From positions 4,832,001-4,896,000 of the forward strand of contig OZ245033.1 of NCBI GenBank assembly GCA_965224025.1: a DNA stretch of 64,000 nt. Direction: 5' to 3'. The stretch comes from Candidatus Multivorans sp. (lineage in GTDB: Bacteria > Acidobacteriota > Thermoanaerobaculia > Multivoradales > Multivoraceae). Both the position numbers and the translations under genes were made by a program. The notes beneath the pieces were generated by a model, which was not told the origin of the DNA, did not search any database, and saw nothing but the letters and a program-made list of their open reading frames with translations. Below are positions 38,067 through 48,120 of this stretch, one piece after another. Position 1 is the stretch's first letter. Every line of letters begins with the position of its first letter.

Positions 38067-38125
38067 CCTGGGAACCCGGGTGGCGCGATCCGCGCCCTGG
38101 GAACGCGGGCGTCTCGCCCGCATCC
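38067..38125. repeat. REP-like copy with partial second hairpin
   Basis: CCTGGGAACCCGGGTGGCGCGATCCGCGCC followed by CTGGGAACGCGGGCGTCTCGCCCGCATCC. Confidence 0.8.
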
Positions 38126-38140
38126 GCCGCAGGCGGGCGC

Positions 38141-38632
38141 CTAGCCCGCTGCCCGCCGCTCCAGGTCGAGCAAAGCCTGCTTCGTCGGCAAACCACCGCC
38201 ATATCCCCCGAGCTTCCCGTCGTGGCTGATAACCCGGTGGCAGGGCACGACGATCGGCAGCCGGTTTCTTCCATTCGCCTGGCCGACCGCGCGCGACGCG
38301 GAGGGCTTGCCGATCCGCTCCGCGAGAGTGCCGTAGGAAATCGTCTGACCGAACGGGATGCGCCTCAGTTCGGCCCAGACCCGCTGCTGAAACTCCGTGC
38401 CGCCGGTGCCAAGCGGCAGGTCGAACTCCAGGCGCTTGCCGTCGAAGTACTCGCCGAGTTGCCGCTTCGCCTCGGCCAGGGCCGCCGGCAGGGCGCCGTT
38501 GGACGGTTCCCAGGACCCGTCCGGGACCTTCGCCGCCTCGTTTGGCAAGTCGATACGGTCGATCGCGTCCTCGTCGCCCACCAGGCGGAGGGTCCCGATC
38601 AAGGTCTGAAAGTCGTGGTACGTGGTGGTCAT
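38141..38632 (-). CDS. ogt: Methylated-DNA--protein-cysteine methyltransferase
   Basis: GTEFQQRVW, IPFGQTISYG, RAVGQANG, PCHRV. Confidence 0.95.
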   Translation of the reverse strand: MTTTYHDFQTLIGTLRLVGDEDAIDRIDLPNEAAKVPDGSWEPSNGALPAALAEAKRQLGEYFDGKRLEFDLPLGTGGTEFQQRVWAELRRIPFGQTISYGTLAERIGKPSASRAVGQANGRNRLPIVVPCHRVISHDGKLGGYGGGLPTKQALLDLERRAAG

Positions 38633-38732
38633 CGGCAAGGTCTCCATTCGGGTTCGGGGGCGATTGGTACCAGCGATGCTACTCCACGGAGCGAAGGCCG
38701 GTGGCTCGGACACTACGCCCAGATTACGGTAT

Positions 38733-38748
38733 TGAATAAATCTATTCA
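38733..38748. promoter_or_regulatory. AT-rich inverted repeat TGAATA-N4-TATTCA upstream of the large NTPase
   Basis: Palindrome within a markedly AT-rich patch in the divergent ogt/NTPase intergenic region. Confidence 0.45.
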
Positions 38749-38770
38749 GTATCATAAGATCCTCGTCCTG

Positions 38771-41700
38771 ATGAGCTACGAGCGCGAACACGTGGGCGTC
38801 CTACGAGGACGCCTGGAAGAGCCTCCCCGAACGATCCAGATCGTACTCGGCCCGCGACAAAGCGGAAAGACGACGATCGTCACTCAAGCGCTACGGAGTC
38901 TGACCACGCCGTGGCGCTACTTCGACGTGGACTCGGCCGACAACGACCTCGTGAGCCCCGTTCTTCAGCCAATGACGGGGCCGCGACGGTCGCGCACGGC
39001 TCCCCGGGACAAGGAATGGCTGATCGACGTCTGGGGTCTGGCAAGGGCAGACGCCGCCAGGCACGACGGAAGCGTGCTGGCGCTCGACGAGCTTCAGAGC
39101 ATCCCGGATTGGTCGAGCACCGTGAAGGGTCTTTGGGACGGAGACAGACTGAACGACCGTCCGTTGCACGTCGTGATCCTTGGCTCCGCGCCCATGGCCA
39201 TTCAATCGAGCCTGAAGGAGAGCATGACAGGCCGATTCGAGGTCATCAGCGTCCGGCACTGGTCGTTCAGCGAGATGAAGATGGCCTTCGGGCTTGACCT
39301 TGACCAGTACATCTACTTCGGCGGCTACCCGGGCGTCGTCGGACTAGCGAACCGGTGGCCGCCGGACTGGCAAGACTACGAGCCAAGATGGCGGGAGTAC
39401 GTCAGGACATCCTTCGTCGGCCCAGCTATCGAAAGGGACGTGCTGGCCATGACCAGGGTGGACAAACCCGCCCTGCTCGCACGCCTGTTCGAACTCGGTG
39501 CCGCGTACTCGGGCCAGATCCTGCCGCTCCACAAGATGCTGGGACAGTTGCAGGACGCCGGCAACGCGACCACTCTCGCGCGGTATCTCGACCTTCTCTC
39601 CCAAGTCGGGCTGCTTAACGGCCTGCCGAAGTACACGCCCAGCATGCTTCGGTTGCGCGCTTCGCCGCCCAAGTTCAACGTGCTGAACACAGCGTTGATG
39701 ACGGTGGGGTCGAACCGTTCGTTCGAGGACGCGAGAGCCGACCGGCGTTTCTGGGGCCGCCTGGTTGAAAGCGCTGTCGGTGCGCACCTGCTGAACACGA
39801 GCGGCTCCGGCGCTCGGGTCCACTACTGGCGCGAGGGCGACGACGAGGTCGACTTCGTGATCCAGGCGGGCCTCCGGACAGTGGCGGTGGAAGTCAAGAC
39901 CGGCCCAAGGGCCCGGCCCACCGCCGGTATGAGGCGATTCGCCGAGCGCTACCAGCCCTATCGCTCGCTGCTGGTGACCGAGACTGGCGAACCGCACGGC
40001 AGCGTTCCACTCGAGGTCTTCCTGTCCCGCCCTGCCACCGCCTGGTTCAGGAGCGAGTTCGTCCAGCGCAGATGCACCAAGATCACCGTCGGAACAGAAC
40101 CGGACCAGGAAGGGGCCGCGAAACCCCTGTCCGAGTACGACGAAACGCCCGCCTACGTCCTGCTGGGCGATCCGGGCCTGGGAAAGACGACCTACTTTCG
40201 CGAAGCCTGCCGCAACCTCGGCCGACAGGCACACATGATCTCGGCCCGCGATTTCGTCACACTCGATGTCGCTCAGCACCCGGAGTGGCGGGACAGGACA
40301 CTCTTCATCGATGGCCTCGACGAGATCCGTGCCGGCCGTGACGACGCCCGCACGCCGCTGGACGACGTGAGGAGACAACTGGACCGGCTCGGACCACCTT
40401 CCTTCCGACTCTCGTGCCGGGAAGCCGACTGGCTCGGCAAGAACGACCAGGAGCACCTGAACAAGGTTGCCCCGGGCGGCGAAGTGACCGTCCTCCGGCT
40501 TGATTCCCTGAGCGAGGAGGACGTCGTGGAAGTCGCGGAGTCGCGTCTGTACCTGCAAGACGGGGAGCAGTTCCTCAAGACGGCCGAGGACAAGGGGTTG
40601 GGAGAGCTGGTCCGGAATCCCCAGAACCTGGAACTCCTGGCCGCCGCCACACGCACGGGCAAATGGCCTGAGAGCAGGACCGAACTGTTCGAGTTCGCGT
40701 GCCGCCACTTGGTGTCCGAGCCCAACGACGAACATCTGAGTGCCCGTCTTGGGCGGTCCGACGACCTTCTCCTGAAGACGGCAGGCCGTCTCTGCTCGCT
40801 GCTGTTGCTCTCGGGGACGGCCGGCATCCGGCTTTCGCCCGCCGCTACCAGCAGCCCGGAGTACCGACCGGTCGATCTGGTTGACCCGGTACCCTCCGGC
40901 GCGTCTCCTGGCGATGCCGACGCCTGGAACCGCCAGCAGCGAGCCGCGATCTCAAGCAGGCTGTTCCGAGCGGCCGCCGAACTTACGCCCGCAGAGCGTT
41001 GTTTCGTGCCTGTGCACCGGCACATTGCCGAGTTCCTGGCTGGGCGCTTTCTGGCTCAGCAGATCGAAGACGGTCTCCCGGTAGCATGGGTTGTCGCTCT
41101 GGTTACTGTCGGCGACGGCGGCGTGGTCACGGCCCACCGCGGCCTGTCCGCGTGGCTGGCCGCGCACTCTAGACAGGCTCGCCGGGAGTTGATCCAACGC
41201 GATCCCATCGGTGTCGGTCTCTATGGCGACATCGGCGCCTTCTCCAACGAAGAGAAACAGCCGCTGCTCGACGCGCTGGTCGACGAAGGCCGGCAATTGG
41301 ACGACATCGGCTATCGCGGCGCCGACGTGTTCGCGCCTCTTGCCTCCCAGGGACTCGAAACCGACTTCCGTGCTCTGCTGACCGTGCCGGCGCCGAGCGA
41401 GGACGACCAGTTCTCGGTCAAGTTCGTGCTCAGGGTCCTGAGCCGCGGCACGCCAATGGCCGCTCTAGTGCCACCCATCCGGGAGATCCTCTACGGCGCG
41501 GGATGGCGGCAGGACGTCACTTGGGCCGCACTCGATGCCCTTGTCCGCCAGTGCGCGGACCCCCACGCCCGAATCGACGAGTTGAAGCAGATTCTCACCG
41601 ACGCGCAGGACGGCAGCCTGTCCGATGAGCACAACGAACTGGCCGCCACGGTGCTTGAGGAGCTCTATCCAGATGCGATCGGACCTTCGGAGATCTGGCG

Positions 41701-44275
41701 TCACTTGGCTCGGTGCCAACCGACGAGCTTGTACGGACGCCACCGCCGGTTCTGGACCCATTCGCTTGAAGAGAAGACACCGGACGAGGACATCCCTACC
41801 CTCCTCGACGCACTCGCCGCGCAGCGACCCGACCTTGCATTGGTCGATAGCGGATCAGGCGACGGCCGGGCCGCGGCTGAGAGGCTCCTGGCGCGCGCAC
41901 TCGCCGAGGAGGGCGACAAGCTGACGCAGCAGAGACTCCACAAGTGGCTCAACGCTCCCGCCCGGACGGACGCGGAGTTCCTGGAGCTCAGAAGCTCCCA
42001 CGAGGTGAGCGAGGCCGCATCCGAGTTCTTCCTCTCGGCGCCGCCGCCCAGCGACGACGCACCGGAGGCATGGGAATCCGCATCGAAGGTGCGCTCCTGG
42101 CTGGAGGCCCACCCGGACTCTTTCAAGGCAGCCTTTCTGGAGGGCGTTCGCCGGTATGACGACGAGTGGGACTTGCAGAACAAGGTGGCTCTGGCAAAGG
42201 AGTACCTACGCCAGGCACAGCCTCCGTCCGACTTCGGACGTTGGTGCCTGGAGCAGGCCGGGAAAGTTGCCGAGACCCGACCGGAACTTGCGCGCTGGCT
42301 GCTCGGCGAAACGCGCCGCCGTCTCGACCAAGGCGAAGAAGGCCTTTCGGAGCAACTCATCGACGAGGCAGTGCGAAACCACCCTTCACTGCGGCCGTCA
42401 CGGCCGGCCCCCGAAGCCGCGAGCGAGCTTCGCGAAAGGTCGCGGAGCAACAAGGCGGCAGCCAACACACACCTGGAGAGACGCAGGCGTCAGCAGCAGG
42501 AGTGGCTCGACGCCGTTCGCGCCGAAGCGCCGGCCCTGGAGCAGAACCGCGGCGCACCGGGCCTGCTGTACCGCTTGGCGACAAAGTGGCTGCAACGCTT
42601 CCACAACGGGCAGCTCTCTCTCTTCGACTGGCTCATGGGAGAACTCGGTGACGACAGCTACTTGGCTGCGGCGGTTGGCGCCGGCCTACGCGATGTCGTC
42701 GAGCGCCAGGACGTGCCGGACGCGAGCGAGATCCTCCGCCTCCACGGCGAGAACCGGATGCACTACCTCTCGACACCGTTCCTCGTCTCGCTCGACGAAC
42801 GGGATCTGTCCGACACACGCTTCGTCGACGGGTTGAACCGGCGGCAGAAGCGCCAAGCCTGCGCCTTCTACTTCACTGTCCTGATCAGTCGAAGCGCTCA
42901 TCCGAACTGGTATCGGCGTCTCCTTGAGCGGGAGGTCGATCTGGTCGCGGAAGTGCTGCTCTCGCTGGCACGCGCCGAGTTGAAGCGCGGCACGGAGAAC
43001 GTCCCGTGTCTGCCGGAACTGGCGCACGACGAGGGCCACGCCGACATCGCCCGCCTCGTCTGCCTGCCCCTCCTGCGCGGATTCCCGGTGCGCTGCCACG
43101 CTCGGCAATTGCACAACCTCCTCCGGCTGCTGTGGACGGCGCTCCGGCACCCGGACCCTGGCGACCTTCTCGCGGTCATCGAGAAGAAGCTCGCCGGCCA
43201 GAGCATGACAGTGGGCCAACGCGTCCACTGGCTCGCCGCCGGCGCTATAGCGGCGCCTGACGAGTACGCCGAGCGACTCGCGGAGTTCATCGACGGCCAG
43301 GAAATCCGTGCCAGACATCTCGCGAGGTTCCTGTGGTCGGAGCACCCGGATCTGTTCCTTCCAGCAGAACTGTCACTGCCGCCCCGTGCACTGGAGGTTC
43401 TGATCCGGCAGTCGGGCGCCGCCTTCGGCGTCTCCGAGCTCCCGGACAGAGCAAGGATCGCGCGCGTACCGGGGAACGGACAGTTCAACGCACAGCCTGA
43501 ATCGGTACTCTGGCGTATTCCCGACCTGATCGAGTGCCTCGCAGGTTCACCGGAACCCGAAGCCGGCGAAGCCCTGCGCCGACTCGCGGACGACGAAAGG
43601 CTCCACCGCTGGCGCTACCAGCTTCGCCAAGCCCGTGACCGACAGGCGGTCATCGCGCGCGACAGCTCCTACCGACGCCCCGAACTCGAAGCGGTCCGCG
43701 CAACGCTCGACCATCTGGCGCCCGCCAACGCCGCCGACCTCGCGGCCCTTGCGTTCGACCGGCTCAACGAACTGGCGACAACGATTCGGCATGCCAATAC
43801 GAACGACTGGAGCCAGTACTGGAACCAGGACAGCTACGGCAACCTCACCACATCCAAAGCAGAGAACGACTGCCGCAACAACCTGCTCTCCCACCTGCGC
43901 CCACTCCTGCCCAACGGTGTCGACGCGCAGCCCGAAGGCCAGTATGCCGCCAACCGGCGCGCCGACATCCGCCTGTCCTGTTCCGGCTTCCACGTCCCCG
44001 TTGAAGTCAAGAAGAACTCTCACCCGGCCCTGTGGCGGGCGGCCCGGGATCAACTGGTCGCCAAGTACACGCAGGATCCGGCGACCGGCGGGCACGGCAT
44101 CTTCCTCGTCCTTTGGTTCGGCGACGGCGAGAAATCGCCATTGGACGAGACTGGTACCCGTCCGAGCAGTCCCGAAGAACTCCGGCAGCGGCTTGAAGTC
44201 CGGCTCGCCAAGCAACTAACGCCAGAACAGGCGCGCAGGATCGCGATGCAGGTCATCGACGTCAGCAGAGCCTGA
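38771..44275 (+). CDS. ~1834-aa fusion: AAA14/DUF4143 ATPase, NACHT (STAND) NTPase, helical repeats, C-terminal PD-(D/E)XK-like nuclease
   Basis: GPRQSGKTT/DELQ/GGYPG/EVDFV..VEVK; then LLGDPGLGKTT/FIDGLDE/LSCR/RNPQNL; C-terminal ENDCRN...RADI...PVEVKK. Confidence 0.85.
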   Translation: MSYEREHVGVLRGRLEEPPRTIQIVLGPRQSGKTTIVTQALRSLTTPWRYFDVDSADNDLVSPVLQPMTGPRRSRTAPRDKEWLIDVWGLARADAARHDGSVLALDELQSIPDWSSTVKGLWDGDRLNDRPLHVVILGSAPMAIQSSLKESMTGRFEVISVRHWSFSEMKMAFGLDLDQYIYFGGYPGVVGLANRWPPDWQDYEPRWREYVRTSFVGPAIERDVLAMTRVDKPALLARLFELGAAYSGQILPLHKMLGQLQDAGNATTLARYLDLLSQVGLLNGLPKYTPSMLRLRASPPKFNVLNTALMTVGSNRSFEDARADRRFWGRLVESAVGAHLLNTSGSGARVHYWREGDDEVDFVIQAGLRTVAVEVKTGPRARPTAGMRRFAERYQPYRSLLVTETGEPHGSVPLEVFLSRPATAWFRSEFVQRRCTKITVGTEPDQEGAAKPLSEYDETPAYVLLGDPGLGKTTYFREACRNLGRQAHMISARDFVTLDVAQHPEWRDRTLFIDGLDEIRAGRDDARTPLDDVRRQLDRLGPPSFRLSCREADWLGKNDQEHLNKVAPGGEVTVLRLDSLSEEDVVEVAESRLYLQDGEQFLKTAEDKGLGELVRNPQNLELLAAATRTGKWPESRTELFEFACRHLVSEPNDEHLSARLGRSDDLLLKTAGRLCSLLLLSGTAGIRLSPAATSSPEYRPVDLVDPVPSGASPGDADAWNRQQRAAISSRLFRAAAELTPAERCFVPVHRHIAEFLAGRFLAQQIEDGLPVAWVVALVTVGDGGVVTAHRGLSAWLAAHSRQARRELIQRDPIGVGLYGDIGAFSNEEKQPLLDALVDEGRQLDDIGYRGADVFAPLASQGLETDFRALLTVPAPSEDDQFSVKFVLRVLSRGTPMAALVPPIREILYGAGWRQDVTWAALDALVRQCADPHARIDELKQILTDAQDGSLSDEHNELAATVLEELYPDAIGPSEIWRHLARCQPTSLYGRHRRFWTHSLEEKTPDEDIPTLLDALAAQRPDLALVDSGSGDGRAAAERLLARALAEEGDKLTQQRLHKWLNAPARTDAEFLELRSSHEVSEAASEFFLSAPPPSDDAPEAWESASKVRSWLEAHPDSFKAAFLEGVRRYDDEWDLQNKVALAKEYLRQAQPPSDFGRWCLEQAGKVAETRPELARWLLGETRRRLDQGEEGLSEQLIDEAVRNHPSLRPSRPAPEAASELRERSRSNKAAANTHLERRRRQQQEWLDAVRAEAPALEQNRGAPGLLYRLATKWLQRFHNGQLSLFDWLMGELGDDSYLAAAVGAGLRDVVERQDVPDASEILRLHGENRMHYLSTPFLVSLDERDLSDTRFVDGLNRRQKRQACAFYFTVLISRSAHPNWYRRLLEREVDLVAEVLLSLARAELKRGTENVPCLPELAHDEGHADIARLVCLPLLRGFPVRCHARQLHNLLRLLWTALRHPDPGDLLAVIEKKLAGQSMTVGQRVHWLAAGAIAAPDEYAERLAEFIDGQEIRARHLARFLWSEHPDLFLPAELSLPPRALEVLIRQSGAAFGVSELPDRARIARVPGNGQFNAQPESVLWRIPDLIECLAGSPEPEAGEALRRLADDERLHRWRYQLRQARDRQAVIARDSSYRRPELEAVRATLDHLAPANAADLAALAFDRLNELATTIRHANTNDWSQYWNQDSYGNLTTSKAENDCRNNLLSHLRPLLPNGVDAQPEGQYAANRRADIRLSCSGFHVPVEVKKNSHPALWRAARDQLVAKYTQDPATGGHGIFLVLWFGDGEKSPLDETGTRPSSPEELRQRLEVRLAKQLTPEQARRIAMQVIDVSRA

Positions 44276-44345
44276 TTCCGGCGGGCCCGGCGCGGCAAGT
44301 GGAAACTCCCGGCACCGACTCCTGCGGCGCTGCCTCGTCAGACGA

Positions 44346-44896
44346 TCAATCCACGTCGGCGGCGCGGCGGAGGAAGTCGTCCGCGTCGCAGCATTGCAGA
44401 GAAAGACCTCGGGAAAGCCCCAGGACTGGTAGATGCTCAGCTTCCGCTGCCGCACATCGGTGCTGTAGTCCACTTCCAGGACCACGTCCGGCAGCGCATC
44501 GACGCCGTACGCGATCTCGCCGCCGCGCGGCCTTGCCTCCGCCGGATGCACATAGACGACCTGATCCGCCGACATCACGCGTTCCTTCTGCCCGCCCGCG
44601 CCGCGCACGACGAGAGCCGCCGCTCCGATCAGGTCGATCGGCGCCCCTCGCTTGGCGGCGATCAGCGTGCCGCAACTAGCGAGCCGCATGGCGCCGTACT
44701 CGTGATGTGTCGTCGGGTTCTCCGCCACCATCGCGATCTCGGTCCGGGAGTCCCAGTACTCGAACCGACGGTCGCCGTAGTCGTCGAGTTCCTCCCGTCG
44801 AACGCGAACCGGCCGGCAGCCGGGAAACTCCATGGCCTTCGGGGCAGGGCCGTCATCAGGTAGTTCCGAGTGTGTCCCGGCGACCGGCTCGCTCAT
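44346..44896 (-). pseudogene. Uma2-family endonuclease, internally deleted/frameshifted
   Basis: RFEYWD, ADQVVY, PDVVLEVD, KLSIYQSWGFPEV then abrupt loss of similarity; another frame carries tail DADDFLRRA* ending at 44346. Confidence 0.65.
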
Positions 44897-44994
44897 GTTC
44901 CAAGTCTATTGCCGGAGAATCCCCCGAAAGGCGAGCGTGCGCCGGGATGGAGGCCCAGGAAGCGTGACTCGGTCGCGCGCCGACGAGCGCCGGA

Positions 44995-45921
44995 TCAGCC
45001 GCCGCCACGGCGCCGCCACAACAGGATCGCGGCGTAGGCACGCACCGGGCGCCAGCTCGCGGCCATCGCCTCCAACTCGGCCGCACTGACCGCCTGCTCC
45101 GAGCTCACCGCCTTTCGCAGTCCCAGGTCGCTGGCCGGGAACGCATCCGCGTCGCCCAGGGCGCGCATGGCGATGTACTCGACCGTCCAGGGACCGAGAC
45201 CCTTGATCGCGAGCAGGCGTTCCCTGACCTCCTCGGGCGCCGCGTCGAACCGCAGCGCGCCTGTCGCGACTCCGGACGCCATCTCCTGAAGAGCCCGCGC
45301 GCGGGCGGCGGTCAGGCCGATCCTCCGAAGATCGAAGGCGGCTACCTGCTCGGGTTTCGGAAACGTGCGCTCCAGGCCGGGCTCCCGCAAGGTATCCGGA
45401 AGCTCGTCGCCCAATGCCGCAACCAGCCGGCCCGCCAAGGTGCGCGCGCCGGCTACCGAGATCCGCTGCCCCAGCACGGCCCTGACCGCCGTCTCGAAGC
45501 GGTCCCAGGCGCCCGGAACCCGTACGCCCGCCAAACCTCTTCCTTTCGTCCCGAACTCCGGCGCTGCCGCCAGCGTCGCAGCAACCCGATCGGGATTCGC
45601 GTCGAGGTCGAATAGCCGCCGGACTCCGCCAGAGATCGCCTCCTTCACCTCGGGCGCGAGCGTCGCAGCACAAGCGGAACGCACCTCGACGTCGGCCCGC
45701 CGGCCGCCGCGGAAACCCACTTGCAACACTCCCTGGTCGGCTCCCGCCTCGTCGCCGACCGGCGAGCGAGCCGCCAAGTCGATGGTCCGGCGATAGAGCA
45801 GCTTCTCCGGGTCGACAGTCTCGACTCCCGGCAACGCCCGAACAGCGAAGAACTCAAGCAGACCACCGGCATCGAAGCGAAGTCGGTAGGCCTCCCTGAA
45901 CGAACTGACGACGTGCGACAT
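44995..45921 (-). CDS. alkA: DNA-3-methyladenine glycosylase II (AlkA N-terminal plus HhH-GPD)
   Basis: RALPGVE, RRLFDLDA, VPGAWDRFE..VRAVLGQ, KGLGPWT..YIAMRALGD.DAFP, WRP.RAYA. Confidence 0.9.
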   Translation of the reverse strand: MSHVVSSFREAYRLRFDAGGLLEFFAVRALPGVETVDPEKLLYRRTIDLAARSPVGDEAGADQGVLQVGFRGGRRADVEVRSACAATLAPEVKEAISGGVRRLFDLDANPDRVAATLAAAPEFGTKGRGLAGVRVPGAWDRFETAVRAVLGQRISVAGARTLAGRLVAALGDELPDTLREPGLERTFPKPEQVAAFDLRRIGLTAARARALQEMASGVATGALRFDAAPEEVRERLLAIKGLGPWTVEYIAMRALGDADAFPASDLGLRKAVSSEQAVSAAELEAMAASWRPVRAYAAILLWRRRGGG

Positions 45922-46005
45922 GCGGGTCGGGAGCATAGCCACGCGGCATGCGGCCGGCGCGATAGCCTCAACGACCCTCGACGGCCCACCAACCAGGACA
46001 GCACC

Positions 46006-47154
46006 ATGACCGAGCTCCCCACCGACGGCCTCGCGCTCCACTCGACGATCCGCGCCAACGACAGCGGCGGCGGCACGGTTGAACTCGCACTTGCCCGGGT
46101 GCCCGTACCCGACCCCGGGCCGGAGGAGGTCGTCATCCGGGTCGAGGCCGCGCCGATCAATCCGTCCGACCTGGGCGTGCTGTTCGGGCCCGCCGACGTC
46201 TCCACGGCGCGGGCCGTCGAAAGCGAACACGGCCCGGCCGTCGTCGCCGACATTCCCGACGGGCTCGCCCGCCTGGTGGCCGGGCGTCTCGATCAGACGA
46301 TCCCGACCGGCAACGAGGGCGCCGGCGTCATCGTCGCGGCCGGTTCCTCGGCCCGTGCCCAGGCGCTCATCGGCCGCACCGTGGCCGTCCTGGGCGGATC
46401 GATGTACGCGGAGTACCGGCTGTCCGAAGCGAAGCGGTGCCTCGTGCTGCCCGAGGGCACGACGCCGGGGGAAGGCGCATCCTGCTTCGTCAACCCGCTG
46501 ACCGCCCTGGGCATGGTCGAGACGATGCGGCTCGAGGGTCACAGCGCCCTGGCCCACACCGCCGCCGCCTCGAACCTCGGCCAGATGCTGCAGAAGATCT
46601 GCAACGCGGACGGCGTAGCCCTGGTCAACATCGTGCGCCGCGTGGAACACGAGGAACTTCTCCGGGGCCTGGGCGCCGAGCACGTCGTGAATTCGAGTTC
46701 CGACACCTTCATGGTTGATCTGGTCGCCGCGCTCACCGCGACCGGCGCCACCCTCGGCTTTGACGCCACCGGCGGCGGCAAGCTGGCCGGCCAGATCCTG
46801 ACCGCGATGGAGGCGGCTCTGTCCGCCAACGCCCCCGAGTACAGCCGTTACGGCTCGGCGACCCACAAGCAGGTCTACATCTACGGTGGACTCGACCGCA
46901 GCCAGACGGCGCTCACCCGAAATTTCGGCATGGCCTGGGGTCTCGGCGGCTGGCTGCTTCCCCACTTCCTGCAGCGGATCGGCCCCGAGGCTTCCGACCG
47001 CCTCCGCCAGCGGGTCGCCGCCGAGATCAAGACGACCTTCGCCTCGAGCTACGCGAAGAAGGTCACCCTGCAGGAGGCTCTCGACCCGGCTGCCGTCGCG
47101 GTCTACGCGAAGCAGGCGACCGGCGAGAAGTACCTGGTGACGCCGCAAGGCTAG
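46006..47154 (+). CDS. MDR-family NADPH:quinone reductase/'NADH oxidase'-like
   Basis: EAAPINPSDLG, GNEGAG, FVNPLTALGM, HTAAASNLGQML. Confidence 0.88.
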   Translation: MTELPTDGLALHSTIRANDSGGGTVELALARVPVPDPGPEEVVIRVEAAPINPSDLGVLFGPADVSTARAVESEHGPAVVADIPDGLARLVAGRLDQTIPTGNEGAGVIVAAGSSARAQALIGRTVAVLGGSMYAEYRLSEAKRCLVLPEGTTPGEGASCFVNPLTALGMVETMRLEGHSALAHTAAASNLGQMLQKICNADGVALVNIVRRVEHEELLRGLGAEHVVNSSSDTFMVDLVAALTATGATLGFDATGGGKLAGQILTAMEAALSANAPEYSRYGSATHKQVYIYGGLDRSQTALTRNFGMAWGLGGWLLPHFLQRIGPEASDRLRQRVAAEIKTTFASSYAKKVTLQEALDPAAVAVYAKQATGEKYLVTPQG

Positions 47155-47157
47155 CAA

Positions 47158-48120
47158 CTACACACGCCGGTAGGCGAGATCCCCCTCCAGGTAGGTGAGA
47201 TAGAAGGACTTCGGGTTCATCGTGCCGCCCGGGTTGCGGTACCAGAGCGGGCGCCGGTAGTACGTTTCGCCGCCCAACGACTCGGCGGCGGCCTGGAGCC
47301 TGTTCTCCGTGGCCAGTACGGTCGCTTCGGCACAGCCCAGGCTTGCCAACTCGGCAAGGGACGCGCGCAGGACCGGTGCCGCCCCCTCGCCCACATAGGG
47401 GAAATGAACGATCCGTCCGGTCGGCGGATCATTGGCCCGGTTCACGTAGAGCAGCAGTGGACCAAGCGTCCGACCGGCCCGGCTGAGAGTGAACAGGAGG
47501 CCGTCGTGCTCGGGACAGGCCGCGAGCCAGGCCAGGTGGCCGGGGTCGGCGACGTTGACGAGCCTTTCCCTGCCCGCCTCGGGCACCATCGCGGCGGAAT
47601 CGTACGCCACCAGGTCGACCTCCAACCCGGCGCCCCCCTTATCCCCGACCGCCGTCGCCAATCGCAGCTCGCATGCTTCGCCCACCCGCTGGAAGCCGCG
47701 CAGTACCAGGATGGACTGGGTCGTCGGCGTACCTCCCAGGACGACCTCGAACTCGGCGTCCGGCACGCTGCCGCCCAGGGGCACGCCGGCGGCGCCGCGC
47801 GACCCGGGTTCCACCATCCACAGCATCCTGTGCGCCCCCCTGGCGATCCGATCGTGGATCCGATAGCTGCTGTTCAACGACCCCACGTGACCAACGACCT
47901 CGCCCTGCCGCTCGGCGACCAGGGACTCGACTTCGGGTCCGGGCGGGCCGCTGAACAGGAGCCACCGCAGGATGTCGGGCTCGCGACGGAGCCCGTAGAC
48001 GATGTCCGTCAAGTCGGAGAGGCGCTCCAGGTCGCTCTCGACGCCTGGGCGCAATAGAACGTCCTTCACAAGGCGCCGTGCCGCCGTCGTCGACGAGGAT
48101 CCGCTCAGTCCTCGGCTCAC
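47158..48120 (-). CDS. GNAT-fold hypothetical protein
   Basis: ILRWL, VVGHVG...WMVEPGSRG pattern; operonic with polysaccharide genes. Confidence 0.6.
   Translation of the reverse strand: MSRGLSGSSSTTAARRLVKDVLLRPGVESDLERLSDLTDIVYGLRREPDILRWLLFSGPPGPEVESLVAERQGEVVGHVGSLNSSYRIHDRIARGAHRMLWMVEPGSRGAAGVPLGGSVPDAEFEVVLGGTPTTQSILVLRGFQRVGEACELRLATAVGDKGGAGLEVDLVAYDSAAMVPEAGRERLVNVADPGHLAWLAACPEHDGLLFTLSRAGRTLGPLLLYVNRANDPPTGRIVHFPYVGEGAAPVLRASLAELASLGCAEATVLATENRLQAAAESLGGETYYRRPLWYRNPGGTMNPKSFYLTYLEGDLAYRRV

Noticed and set aside
37700-38770. N-terminal 357 aa of the 2191-aa ORF
   Set aside because: Antisense to ogt and the beta-propeller gene; recognisable domains begin at ATG 38771
45922-47157. 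720-aa AlkA with a long N-terminal extension (possible Ada fusion)
   Set aside because: The extension is the antisense shadow of the MDR oxidoreductase; no Ada Zn-cysteine motif
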